NCBI RefSeq assembly: GCF_018977255.1
Contig: NW_024704742.1
Location: 110,114,001 to 110,178,000 of the forward strand
Source: Callorhinchus milii
Lineage: Eukaryota
Reading direction: 5' to 3'
DNA: 64,000 bases
The translations under genes were made by a program, and so were the position numbers. Below, in pieces: positions 50,701-64,000 of this stretch (its first letter is position 1; every line of letters starts with the position of its first letter). The notes below the pieces were generated by a model. That model saw nothing but the letters and a program-made list of their open reading frames with translations, did not search any database and was not told where the DNA came from.

Positions 50701-51857
50701 AATGCCATTTCTCTTCCAAGGCAGTGTTGGAGGGGAAATGTTGACCTAATGTCTAATAAATTGGATTGGGTTGAGGATAAACTGGTGAATTAGTGGCCAA
50801 GATTACTCTTATGTCTCCCAGCAACTGTTTCAGGACAGCTTTAACAGAGGTTCAGAATCCACAACAGTTCATCTAAATAATCCTTGCATTTGACATAGCG
50901 CCTTTCACTTTCGAAGGACGCCTCAAAGTGTTTCACAAGTTATACTGTAAAGTGTAGGGACTGTGTATTTTGTTGGCCAATCCACCCACTCATTTGGAGA
51001 GATCCCATGAACAGTTGGAAAAATAACATAAAAAAGGATAGGTTGGAAATATAAAAATATCTATCTTCATAACCATTCCAGTTTGTTTTCTGCATCTCTC
51101 AATTCTTGTCTTTCAGCATTTGTCTAGAGATATTCTAATGTTCTGGGGTCTAATTTGCAATATTTTTTTTAATAAGAATTCTGTTAGATTTCCTGCAGAA
51201 ATGCCACTCAGGGAGTAGATTGTCAGATGGGAGTGCTATGGGTTGACATGATGTACTTCTACTGGTTACCCATTTGTGTGACTCGGATTGCTTATTAAGA
51301 AATCCCATTAAGAAATAGAGTAAATTAACTCCCCTAACACCTGTTAATGATTAAGCAATGAGCCTAAAATCCACTTTTCAGTTCATACAAACTTTCCAGC
51401 AAGTAATGAAACATTGATAGAAAACCTCCACAGCTTATTTAATGATATATTTTTCAGACCTGCGGGAGAATTGACACTAAAACTATGAGAGCCACTGTGA
51501 GCATGTTTGCACCCACCAGTTGAGTAGTTAGCATTTGTTTTTAAGGAAGGATTTTTGTATAAGGTTTTACAGCAAATTTTTAAGAGGGGCTCTTAAAAGT
51601 GTGATTCTACTGGATACATACAGGCATATCTAAACTCCAGTACTGCCGGGCATCAAAGATGCTTCAACAGCTGTTCAAATGGAGTTGGATGGGAGAGCAG
51701 GCACTTAACCATGGGAGGGAGAAAGGTCAGTAGACGAGACACCGTGGGACTCTCTCATCCACCTCCTGGTATCTTTCTCATGAGAGACCTAGCCAGGAAT
51801 CTGGAAGGAAATAACTTCCTCTCCTTTCAACTGCATTCTTTGGATGGGGGTGAGTTT

Positions 51858-51966
51858 AGCCTACAAAATATACAGTCAATTCACTTTACACTATATACTG
51901 TGAAGCATTTTGAGACATCTGAACGATGTGATAAGGTTTTATATCAAATGCTAGGATTATTATTAT
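51858..51966 (+). mobile_element. SINE tail (similar tails near 8800, 15455, 21050, 25785, 38850, 42700, 44285, 46680, 50880, 62745, 62945)
   Basis: ATACAGTCAATTCACTTTAC..TATATCAAATGC..GATTATTATT. Confidence 0.85.
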
Positions 51967-53494
51967 TTTTATTGTTTTTACTTAAAAGGATTTAAAAAAA
52001 TAAAATAAGCAGATAATTTCACTGCCCAGTAAATGGACAAATGCAGATTCCAGCAATTGTGGTGAGCATGGTGAGCTCCCATTCTCAACTGGACAGTCAA
52101 GGGGAGGTACTGAGCAGAGATGAAGCACTTCTTCAGGGGGAGGGATGGAAATACAGACCAATCACCCTCATGCTGCTATTGCATGCCTCATAGTGGCCAG
52201 CTCAAGAGTTGCATTGGCATGATCCAGTCACTTATCGCTCTTGGGGTGGGGAGTGTATGTGTGTGTGATGGGGTGAACGTAACAGAAAAGGTGGGATTTT
52301 AAGTAAAGTACTCCTCCTGCTATTGCTATAAAACACTTTTTTTCCTCCAGTCTATTTGAAGCCTCCAACTAAAAAGTCTATTTGAGCGAAGCAAAGAATA
52401 AGTTAAGAAATAATACCACCTCAAAAGTGCGAAAACTGCAATAAACCCATCACATCCAACAACAGCAGAGCATGAAAAGATAAAAAACAGCCTGAGAAGA
52501 ATGTACTAACCACCCATTCACTTTTAAATGCTCTCCACACTTCAATGCACAGACCTAATTACTTGCTGCATTCCTAAATCCACTTTGCCCACTGCAATCA
52601 GAAACCTGGCGTTAAAATATTTTAGACTCCAAGGATCAAGACTAATTATGAGCCTAAGCTGCACCTTTTGGTTTTCTTTTCTGGTCGCTTTTAAACACGC
52701 TCCGCTGGAAGAATGGCTGCCTTGGCCACTCAGGGGTGAAGTGAAGACAAAAGACAAAAAGAGACTCAACTCAATTCAGTAAACGTTAAAAAAGAGAGAA
52801 GATGAAAAAGCCCATGTAGTAAGTGAGCCTGGGTTACACTACAGAATTGTGGCAGGATACAATATTCACAACACAAAGGCGTGTTTAAGGTTGGCAAGGC
52901 CCCTTAATGCTGTTGTTGGTGTTTAAGTAGTGTAGCAAGGTATTTAACAGCGATGGTTTCTAAACATTCAAGCTGAGAATGAATCCAGGGCTTTAGCTAC
53001 TTGGGGGTTGGGGAGAGCAAGGGCGGGGAAGGGTTTTGGGAAGGAAGACAATTGCCCCTCCTCCAAATGGAACCGGACCACAGGAGCAGCAATTGGCACA
53101 TTCTGGCAATAGACCAACGTAATATGATGTACTACAAAAGATTACTACATACTTGCGAGAGATAAAAGTTTTGAAAATGTAAGCTTTAATATAATGTTTG
53201 GCCCACCCAGGCAGTATGCATCTTCCATCTGAACCACCTTTCTTTATAGTGGATAGCAGCCTCTGTGGAATGCTTAGATAGACACAGTACATCACAGTGA
53301 ACACGAGGAGGTCCAATTTTCAGAACTTGTGTCGATTTGCAAAATCAAGTACACGTAAAGTATTTTTTCTTCTTTAATTTTCGCAACATCTCTCCTGAAA
53401 GAGCTGACATGATCTGTGTGTGGTGTGTGTGTGTGCTGGGGAAATCTGATGTAATGCAAGTTTCGGAAATACTTAAATTCAGTCTCATCTTTGA

Positions 53495-54300
53495 TAACAG
53501 TGAGGGGATGAGAAAGATACCTGAAAGCATGGACCTTGAAGGGTGTGTGTGAAGGGGTAAGCCGAAGGAATTCCAGGATGGAGCTCCAGAGAGTGGTGGC
53601 AGATGCGCTGAAAGCACCAATGGTGGGGTGTAAGTGGGGTGGGGGACATGAAGCAAGCTGGGGCCCACTGAGCAGAACGGTCGGGCTGGTAGGTTTGAGG
53701 AGGTCGCAGAGTTAGAGTGGGGTAAGACCATGGAGGGATTTAAAGATTAGGAAGAGAATTTTGATCTTGAGCCTCTGGGGGATGGGAAGCCAGTGTACAA
53801 CAACAACAACACAAGATTCCATTTATAAAGCGCCTTTCACGTCAGGAGGACGTCCCAAGGCGCTACACAGTTGGGTCATGACCCGAGCAGGGGGGAAATG
53901 GTCAGGGTGAGGGAAGGGAGCGAGGAGGGGGGAAATTGTCAGGGTGAGGGGAGGGATGGGAGGGAGCGAGGAAGAGAGTCGAGAGGGGAGCTGAAGGCAC
54001 GGTCAAAGAGAAGTGTAGCCGTGTGAGGATGGGATTGATAGACTTGTGGAGTCTAGTGCAGGAAAAGACACAGGTTTTAGAGTTCTGGATATTCTGCATC
54101 TTACAGGTAGTCCAGCAAGCAGAGAGTTGATGTAATCAAGCATGGATATGATGATTGCATGGATTAGAGCCTCAAGGGAGATTTAGTGGCAGAGGCAGGC
54201 AATGTTATGGAGATGGGGAAAAGCTGAGGTCAGAGCATAGATGTGAGGTTCAAAGGACAATGGTGCGTTGAACAAGATGCATAGGTTCCACGAGATGGAG
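53495..54300 (-). mobile_element. Older L2 3' region with a younger L2 3' end nested at 53798-54011 (TSD AGTGTA)
   Basis: AGTGTA at 53792-53797 and 54012-54017; the LTRLH|WLP motif is split by the insert; insert has a (CAA)n tail and stem-loop. Confidence 0.85.
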
Positions 54301-54329
54301 TGTGCATCTAAGTAGCTTGATATTGTTCC

Positions 54330-55150
54330 ACTTGAAATAATTATCCAATTCTCTTTTAAATATGGTTGTGGCTTCAGCTTGAGTTGTCTGCTTATATCAA
54401 ACCACTCCATGTTCTAATAACCCTTGGAGCAAAAAGGTTTCTTCTAACCTCCTCCTCAACTCTTCCAGTGACATTCCTGTGCTAATATCTTCTCGCTTTA
54501 AGAGACCAAAGTCCTAGGGAACCAACCGCATAGCCCTGTTGGTGCTTAAATTCTGCAATTAATCTACATTCATACCCATCTTCTGCAACAAATGAATATC
54601 CTTTCAGAAATAGGGAGATCAAAACTAAACACATGGTCTCACCAAGCCCCCATACAATTTTAAAATCAACTTTCTTGATTTAGCAGTTAAACAGATGGAG
54701 CCAAGGGAGCACTTGAGGGATGATTCTCCAATTGTCAATCGATTTGCAGATCTTTGCTGGCGGGCGAGTGCTTCGGATTCTCTGTTCGACCTTGGTGACG
54801 TGAGGTTATGATGGAATTTGCAACAGATATGGTGTTCAGTCACTCTGCCTTATCTGCAGAGGTGCAGCGCATGGCTGTATCCTACTCAAGAGGAGGATAG
54901 TGGGGTTGGGTTCAATGTCAGAAACCAATTTATTCTCTTCTGCCAGTTTGTCTGGAGACTAATCATGCAGTTCAGAGCTGATCTTGCACTTGTACTTCTG
55001 AAGAGCTGATGACAAGATCCTTTCTTATGGTATGGACCTGATATGGAGAGGGACTTTTCTGTCCTTTTGCCTGTCTGATCTTTCCATGAGGTATTTCTGC
55101 TTTTTGCCCAACACTGGAGACTCCATTCTTTCAGTGAATCTATTTTGTGC
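54330..55150 (-). mobile_element. Decayed CR1-group LINE pieces
   Basis: KLILKLYGGLVRP (cf. CR1 LYKxLVRP) at ~54630-54670; TSADKAE*LNTI (cf. KAExLNxFF) at ~54830-54862. Confidence 0.5.
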
Positions 55151-56639
55151 ATGCTGTTTGCTTATTAAAATATAGTATCTTATACTGTCTTAGAGACATT
55201 TGAATTCTAGATCATTCATTATTTGTGATCAGTATTTCATTGCTGTTCTATCAGATGAAAATAAAATGTAAATATACAGAAATGCCATTTGTTCTGAATA
55301 TAGAACAAGGGAATAAAAAATCTGATGTGATCATTATTGGTGAAAACTCACCCAAAAGATTTCATCTCCCGCTTTAGTTATCATCTGTAGACGGAAGTGT
55401 TTGAGTCCACTTCAGGCGATACTAGCTTAAAATTGAACTAATGTGCTAATTAGTCCACACACTTTTAGTCAATTGAATCAGTATCATCAGTGATGATTAT
55501 CACTTCACAGGACACATTTTGCACTTCAAGATCCTGGATTCTTATGCAGAACACATAATTGGTAAAATCTCAGCAATTGTATGAAGCACATTTGAAGCAT
55601 ACATACACATCCAGCCATACATACAATAGATGCTCAAGGGCAGGTAACTGAACCTTGCAGCAATAATATTCTAAATGTATAAAATAAATGCAAAGGGAAA
55701 AAAATCTACTATTGCTATTTCTTCACACACGACTACTAAGCCAGCTTGGCCTCTTGTTAATAATCAGTGTTAGTGATGATTATCACATCACAGGGTAAAA
55801 TAAAAGGAAGTAAAAATAATTATCCTAATTCACTTGCCTGAAAGCTAATAATTCAGGTGAATGAGAATCCGTTTTTCAAGTGGCTTGTTCCCTCTTAAAG
55901 ACTGTAATAGGATCTGGGCCCTGCCTGCGACCCTCCTACTTCAAGATAAAAAAGTGGGAACAAATAGTAATTGCAATAATCATGGGCTTTCTTTTTTCTG
56001 TACAAAAAACAGGCCAGGGATCAAACAGTCAGTATTTTCCTCTGTGAAAAAAGTCTGAGACACCGCAGGAATGAATAGCTTTACTGACAAAGGGCAGGAT
56101 AAATCTTATGGTCCTTACCACAATAATATCACACGTGAAATTTCTTTGTTGCTGCGTGAGAGGGACAGTGTTCTAATAATTACAGGCACAAGCTATAATT
56201 TGACAACAAGCAAAGCGAGAAATCGCGAAAGCCATGGAACAACGATATGTGTCTTTGCTTCTGGTGTATGAGGTATTATGTACCTTAAATTAGAGGTAAG
56301 GTGATTTTGAATTATGCTTACCAATTGAACGAGGTAGACAATGATGCAATGAAGTCATGCGGTCTTTGTTGAACCAGTCTAGGTGAGAAAGCAATTCTGA
56401 CATTACTTTAGTGAAGCAGATTAGGTTCCACCTGCTGTCAGTTAACTAGGTCCACCAGTTCCTATCTAATTGTCAGTTAACTGCAAATCTCACAAAGAAA
56501 AAATAAAGCTCATAACGTGCTCTCAAAACAGTGATTATGGAATTGACAAGTTTTACAAGGTTTAAATCCTATCAGTCCTACTCACCACTGAACATAAAAG
56601 TAATGTATTCTTTACTCCCATTTACACTGCACTTGTTGA

Positions 56640-57741
56640 GTTTAGCTTTTCTTAACTCCTCAATCCCTCTTCTCACCGTCAACCAATCCACCTCCATCTC
56701 CTATCGCCCCTGGAAAAAAATCTCCCCCTCCTCCCTCTCCGCTGCCTTGGAGTCATCTGAACTCCTCCCCCTATGGGCTTCCTTCCGCAATGACCTATTC
56801 TCCTCTGTCACTCTTCTCCACAGGTCCCTCTCCACCATTCTCGATTCCCTTGCTCCATTCACTTCCCAAACCATTTCCTACTCATGAAAGTCACCATGGT
56901 ATACCAGCCACCTCCACTCCCTTGAAGCATGGGTGAGTGCCACTGAACGCACCTGGCTTAAATCAAGCTTAATGGACAAGGACAACCCCAGGCTCCTCTT
57001 CTCCATCACCAACAGGCTCCACTACCCACCCTCTCATACCTCGCCCATCCTCACCTCAAATGCCAACCGCGAGGCGATGCTGGACTTCTTCGAATCCACA
57101 GTCGAAGATTTCCGCTCAGCTGCCTCTGCCCTTCCATCTACTACCCTCTCCTCATCTCCCTCTCACACCCTGGCCCCTAACCATCCCTCCCTCCATACTT
57201 TCGAACCTGTCTCCCACTCCTCTCTTACCACCACTATAGACCACATGAAACGAACCACCTGCTCCCTCGGCCTCATCCATACCCCTTTCCTTACCTCCCA
57301 GCTTCCATCTCCTTGGCCACCTACTCACAGACATCATAAACCTCTCCCTGTCCACTGGTACTGTTCCCACCTCTTTAAAAATGGCTGTCATCACTCCTAT
57401 CCTTAAAAAAAATCCCTGGACCCACTCCTGCTCTCAAATTACTGCCCCATCTCCAACCTCCCTTTCCTCTCCAAAGCCCTGGAATGAGTCGTTGCTTCCC
57501 AGCTTCTCTCCTTCCTCTCCTGCCACTCCCTTCCCAAATCCCTCAAATTGGGTTTCCGTGCCGCCCACAGCACTGAAACAGCCCTGGTCAAAGTGACAAA
57601 TGACATTCTGTCCATCTGTGACCAGGGCTCCCTCTGCCTCCTCATCCTCCTTGACCTTTCTGTTGCCTTCGACACTGTAGACCACTCTATCTTCATCCAC
57701 CGCCTCTCCTCTCACCTCAACCTTCACGGTACAGCTGTTTC
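56640..57741 (+). mobile_element. L2 ORF2 internal fragment (linker to RT N-half), frameshifted, ending at a SINE
   Basis: NPRLLFSITNRL, MAVITPILKK, PISNLPFLSK, GFRAAHSTETALVKVTNDIL, LILLDLSVAFDTVDH. Confidence 0.92.
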
Positions 57742-57742
57742 T

Positions 57743-58006
57743 TAATAATAATAATCCTTGTATTTGATACAGCACTTTTCACGTCGGGAGGACGCCCCAA
57801 AGCGCTTCACAGAACACACTGTAAAGTGAATTGACTGTATATTTGTGGGCGAACGCGACAAATGACCAATTTATTATTGTTTTTTGGAGGGATTATTATT
57901 AGGCGTGTGGAATAAGGAAACTTGCCCAAGGTTTCGCCCTGCCTGGAATTGAACTCAGGTCTCTCGCTTGCAAAGCGAGTGCTCTAACCACTGAGCTACA
58001 GGACTC
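57743..58006 (-). mobile_element. Short SINE with an internal deletion
   Basis: Head and tail intact; the GCCAATT..CAGTCG segment is missing. Confidence 0.9.
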
Positions 58007-59289
58007 TTAAGTGAGTCATGTGTCTAAAACAACCTTTCTACTAACCTATTCCAACTGTTAATTATCTTTTTGAAAATAAATATTTTCTGCCTGATCTTTA
58101 TGCTACTATTTTCTTTCAAAATGTTGAATCTCTGACTCCTTGTCCTGATAACTTGACGTATATGAAAGCATTGTTCTGCGTTTGCTTTTTCAATCCCATT
58201 TCACATTTTATATGCCTCAAATTCTGCAAATCAATGGAAGTGCAGGAATTGTAAAATAATAATAATAGTCTTATATTTTGGGTGTGGGACAGGGGATGCC
58301 AAATCCACAGTATAGCAAGCACTACGCAATATAAAGCTATGATTTAATGGAAGGTTTCAGATTACACCATAAGCCATGAGAGTGAAACTCAAGTAGTTTA
58401 TAAGTGGCATTTGAACCGTGAGATTGGATTAGGGCCTTGAAATCACTTCAGTTAATCTTTATAATATATACTGTTCATTTTATAGAGTGATTTTTTTTTG
58501 CTCATTTCTGGGCCAGTTTTTTCCTGCTTATGAGATGACACTGTAACACGTACATGTGGAAGGCCTGGTTGTACACTAATGTTGCCAGTAAAAGTACTTA
58601 AACAATGGCAGGGTATTAGTGCACAGTAGCACTCAACAGCGCTGGCAGTCCAGCATCAGCTTTCCATGAAGTTCACAGAAAAACACTTCCTTTGTCTGAG
58701 TTCATTTTATCAATGAGTCCGGATAACCACTATTTGGTCTAAGGAGGGTTCAGCCAGCCCCTCACTTTCAGTAAATCACTTTTTATGACAGTCCCTTTCA
58801 ATGTGAACTGATACCTTCTTACCTCACTGCAATAAATCGCATTTCACAGCCAGCTCGCGCTCTGTAACAGAAACACATACAATGCAGAGGCTGTCACTTG
58901 ATAAAATATTTTAACATTTATAATTCTCATCCCATCTACTGTAATAAACTGATGCTCTGTGCCACAGCAGAGCTTTAGATTGAGCAGAGTGAATGTTGAC
59001 TTAGTCTTTTATCCCTTAAATCCCTAATGTTTATTTATCCACTCATAAATGAATGCTCAAGTAACGCAATAATCCTATTTGCTCACTACATTGTTTCCAA
59101 GTTTCCCAAACAGATATTTTCTCCTAATATAGTTTTGTTCTGCACCACGGACTACATTGGATTTTACTCTGATAGAACTGACAATTATACAGCTGTTCAT
59201 AGGCCATGAATTCAATGTGATTTTGATCTAAAACTGAGTGAAAAAGAACTGCATATTAAAAAATATGATTTATTCTGATTCTTTCCAAA

Positions 59290-59455
59290 TTTTGTGTGCG
59301 TATGTTAGGTCAGCATGTGTATATTGTGCATGAACGTTTCCATGTATATTGTGTGTAGGTGATGTGGTCTGTGTGTATGTGTATATATGTGTTGTCCGTG
59401 TGTACGTATGAGTGTTGGCCATGTGGTGTATGGAGGTGATTGTGTGTTTGCATAT
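59290..59455. repeat. Degenerate (TG)n low-complexity tract
   Basis: Directly visible. Confidence 0.7.
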
Positions 59456-59689
59456 ACGTTACTAGTTCAAAACTGCTTAATTGTGGCATAGGATGCTTAG
59501 CATATGCCGAATTCTAAATACAGTACAGAAATATTTGGATTTAATCTTTATAAAGACGTACTGGAACAATTGCTATTTTTAACTGATCAACGATCCCATG
59601 TTGTTCATTGTTAACTGCATGATGATGTGCTGACCCAGCTTTCAGTTATTTCCTAATCCGCCTGATAACAGCGATTTCTCTGAGCTGGT

Positions 59690-60860
59690 TGACAGTATGT
59701 TCAGCCCTGTTTTGCAGTTCACAATCATATTCCCCACCACCCCACACATTCTGCAACAGAAAAAGACATGACAACAGGTTAAGTTAATAGAAAATGCTTG
59801 GTTAATACTATTCCATTCCCTCTTGATAATTGCAATGTTAGAATCATTGTGGATTGTTGGGCCCTCTCCCATCAAATATTCTTCAGGAGCCTTAAGCTGT
59901 AGAAACAGGCCAAGAAGCATGGGAATGGGCAAGATGCAGGGACATCTTTCTTTGAAGATGGGGGAGGGGATATGGGGAAAGGAGGAAAGTCAAACCACCT
60001 TTAATTCCCCTCCAATTGTTCCAGCAACAGCTAACTGCTGAAGTAAGACTCTTAAGCAATTTCAGGAAGAAATGCATTCCATAGGAATGACTTTATTGAG
60101 GGAAGTCAAGCGAGCACTTGGGTCCAAGTAGCTTGTTTACAATCTCAGCAAATTGACAACTCATTGGACTGTCTGTCATTTGCATGGGAAGCTGCCACTG
60201 TCTTTGTACAGTGTGTGACTGCTGAAGAATGTGCTCCTTCTCTGTTGCATTAGGGGCTCCAGTGAGAAAAAGGCAGAAGAGCATCTTGTCATAATCCCTT
60301 CCATCAGTCGAGGTCTGGCACAAGAGTTTCATTTCGGAAAGATCTGGGATACTCTGTGGCCTTCGGTGAGTAATGAGAATGATCCAGGATTTTCTGTTCA
60401 CAGCAGTAAAAATGTTCAGTGTTGATTTTGGTTAGCCAGAGCATTACACAGATGAATGTATGTGCAGAGCAGAATACATTATCAGAATTACCTTGCTGCA
60501 TGGCTTTCAACAGGTCAGCACTCTTGTGGGTGAATTTCCCTACCATTAGTTTATTGGGATCGATCCATCCAACAAGCCCTGCATCCACTCTTAGACACTG
60601 ACTACTGATCTGTCAAAATGCATGAAAAGATCTTTCAAAGTTGGGTCATTATCATTATTGTAATTTCCCAAAGCAACAAACCCAGTGCTTGTCCCTACCA
60701 AGGGCAAAGCTCCAAATTATGATGTAACCTCCCAGTCACGAGCTCTTTTACACACTACAAACTGAGGCCGTGTTATTGAAATAGAGAAGAGCTGATTTCC
60801 GTACACTCACACTGGCTCGCTTGGGGTAACAGTAAGACTCCAGTCGGAAAAGTACCAAAT
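59690..60860 (-). mobile_element. Second ancient Ty3/Gypsy pol fossil (RNase H to integrase zinc finger)
   Basis: Minus strand in order: HFDRS..LRVDAGLVG (cf. YFD..VDASPVGLG), RVLT-VES, TEHFY, ILITHRRP (cf. TDHKP), EI-KQAT, GIVLTKHFL (cf. HxGIVKTK), VGNMIVNCKT (HHCC region). Confidence 0.55.
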
Positions 60861-63800
60861 GCAGCATTTAAAAATAAGAATAGTCTAAATCTCTTTTAGC
60901 AAAGCTTAGTTTTGATCAAATGCAATAAATTTTGGCAAGTTCAGATTGGCTACATCCTTTGGCAATCACCGTAGCCATCCCTGATATACCTGGTTTTACC
61001 ACTGCAAACCTGTTTTGTATTACAGCTATCAATCTGATTTTCTGAGTGCACATAGCTAATAATCTCACTTCCCAGGCTTCAAGAAATTCAATTTTTTTCA
61101 TTTATATCAGCTTGATGTTGATTCTTTTCAATGAATAAAACATATACGTTAGAGATTTCAAGGTAGAAGTTTGCAAATATTATTTCAGGCTGTAAAACAT
61201 TGAGAGAGGGCAGGTAAGGAAATAGACCCTGAAGCTTTGCAGCGCTGTGTTAATAAAGTCTGCACTGTACACGGCATATTTAATTGGAATAATAATAACC
61301 TTGACTTTTTAACATTTTGAAAATAAGAATGAAACATTCAATAATGTTTCCACCTATAAGGCCATACGTAATCATTATATGGTTCCAATATGCCTGTTGG
61401 TTGGGTTTGCAGTGTTAACGTAATGTAAGCTCATGGGTGAAATTTGCTATACTTCGTATTGACATAAACCTCACCCTATTTTCTATTTCTTTAACTCTAT
61501 TGTAATTTCATAGTAGAAAGTAGTTACTAAAAATGGAGTTTTGGCTGAGTTATATTTTTCAGTATGTATTGATATGTTACTGCACTATCTGCTGGTTAGG
61601 CTGAGAAGCTGTGTTGAAGGGTCATTGGGGAGAATATAGTTAAATTCCTCATGTCCACCTAACTTGATTGCATTTCAAAACTGAATCACACAGTGTTTTT
61701 TTTACTCTGCAAACTTCCTTATTGATCATAACACTAGTTGAGATGTTGACTAAACTATTAGTTGTCTGAAATGCTGCTGCCATCTATGGACTTGAAATCG
61801 TTGACTAAATCGCTTAAACTATTAAAATGAAATAACTTGTATTCAGAGGATATTGTATTTAGATATTGTATTTTCTGTGTCCATTCTGAAACTGTACTGT
61901 GGAGGGTAAAAGGACACTGCAGTTAGAAAGCAGGACAACAGATCCTGCATTGCTTATGACTTGTATTTGCTAGTCAATCGGATGTGGTTCTTCAATGAGC
62001 ATATGTAAAGGAATGATCTGCATTCATTGTGCCATGTTTAATTTAATTCACATGATTTAAGAATCACGTTATGTGGACGTGCTTGATAGAAATCAGTAAT
62101 AACTGCTAGATTAGACAATGCTTTAAAATATGGGAAATTACTGGTTCTCACTGGTATGAAATACCACATCAGATCCAAAGAATAAACTACAGAGACAAGC
62201 AAAAATGAACCGAACTACTGACAAATGTGCAACTTTCAGTCTGAAAACGGGGATCAAAATAGTAGCATTTGTAGCGGATTCACAACTGGCAATTCAGCTT
62301 CACCAACAGGGAATCCAGCTGGTGATCAGCAGGGCATCATGACACACTCACACAATATCTGCTCCACAGAACAGGAATATGGGGATCCATTACGTACTGC
62401 TGGTTAACAGCACAATCCCCCGTTTACAACTCTGAAAGAATCCCATTGCCTTTTTGACCTCATTATCGTAAAGTACAATACTTATTTCAAATTTCTTATT
62501 GTAAATCTTAATGATTTGTTTTCTCTCCAAATGGAAAAATATATGTTTCTTTGCAATCATTTACTATGAATGATACGTGATACTTGACCATTTTAGGTCA
62601 GGGAAGGGAGTTTCTCCCAGTGTCCTTGCTAATAATCTCCCCAGATAAAATTGGTCATTCATTTCATGGCTCTTTTGGGCATGTTTGTCCCTATACTTCA
62701 CAATAAATCCTGTGAAACTTTTCGAGATGGTCATACATTATACAATCAATTCACTTTGCAGTATATTCTGTGAAGCGCATTGAGACGTCTCGAAGACGTG
62801 ATAAGGCGCTATATCAAATGCAAAGATTATTATTATTAGGCGTTACATGAAGGTGTCGTTTGATTAGAAAAACAATCATCCATGGGATAAAGGTAGCTTG
62901 TCTTAAACCGAAGATACAAAATTCATTAATTTGCATCTGCAAATACACAGTCACTACATTTAACAGTATCCTATAATGCACTTTGAATTGTCACTCAATG
63001 TGAAAGGCGCTATATATCAACTGCAAATGTTATTATTATTGAGGTAAATTGGCCAAATTGCATCCTTCTTAACGACTATTAAAATAATTTTGATATCGAT
63101 TTACACTGTACTTATCCGTTTCTTTTGGTGAACGTTGATCGATAGAAAACCATTTTCTCCAGAACTTTAGTTGATAAAGCAAATTGTCTGATTTTTTCAT
63201 TGTGCAGATGGTGTGCATATGTGTTGGTGCGAGAGTGTGAGCTCATCGATAAACTAGTTGTTTTGTTTGTAGCTGCCTTATTTTCTTAGGATTTTCAAGG
63301 TTTCAAAATAAGTGCCGATTTTTACTAAATCTACCTGTTTTTTGGTGGTCAGATTCCCTGCCCCTCTGATTTGTTTACCATTCATATTGTCAACAAAAAA
63401 ATAGACCTTGAAAAAAAGTAAATAAGACCTGGGTTTTTATTTTGTAGATAAAACTGACATTAATGGTTCTTACTTGTTACTCCCATGAGTGTTAAAGTAT
63501 CCTTTTTTCAGGCTTACACAGGATTATTTCTATATATGGTACAATAGAAATTCTACACATTGACGTAACAAAATGTTTGAGCATTTCTGTAGCAACTTTA
63601 CACTAAAATTAGGCAGTGATTTTGCTTTTTGCAAAGAATAGTGAATTATTATACGTAAACTTTGTTCATGAAGAACAAATGACTGGTTCTAAATGTAAAT
63701 TTTGCTCTGCAATAATCAGAATTAACATGTTTATGTGACATAATTCCTGAAGATGTTACTTTATTTTGAAAGCCAAAAAGGTCTGGCAGGCCCCAGAAAG

Positions 63801-64000
63801 CAAGACCAACCTTGTAGGAAAATTTAAGTGAAAGGCAACGTCGCACAAAGGGCTTTGTCTTGTTTATTATGCATAACTGTTGCAAAGTAAGTGTAAAAGG
63901 AAAGCCAGCTCATATGAGAAAAAGAGCTTCTAACACATGGCAATGGGTTGAGGAGACATGTTTTGGCATCGCTTCACTAATTCGCCAGCTTTCGTTACAG

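Noticed and set aside
55773..55845. C/D box snoRNA (GTGATGA ... CTGA)
   Set aside because: No convincing terminal stem or recognisable guide; the duplicate motif upstream has no D box.
59138..59158. REST/RE1-like TTCTGCACCACGGACTAC
   Set aside because: Mismatches at the normally invariant CAGCACC and GGACAG positions.

Overview
Vertebrate, almost entirely non-coding, AT-rich DNA. The repeat set (abundant tRNA-Ala-headed SINE with (ATT)n tail, older Deu-domain SINEs, L2 and CR1 LINE fragments) points to a cartilaginous fish, probably a holocephalan such as the elephant shark; this is an inference from repeat families. None of the listed ORFs looks like a real gene: the longer ones are frameshifted L2 reverse-transcriptase pieces or their antisense. 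The only convincing host coding sequence is a 38-nt minus-strand exon (3970-4007) with strong splice sites encoding an RCC1-repeat motif (xNGNVYSWGTGQE), so most of the window may be one very long intron. Also present: a candidate recursive splice site (polypyrimidine-AG|GTAAG, + strand, 42955/42956), at least 5 copies of a ~160-200 bp palindromic element, very decayed Gypsy and DIRS fossils, and several repeat-free blocks that look like developmental enhancers. I see no evidence for a novel multi-gene system.
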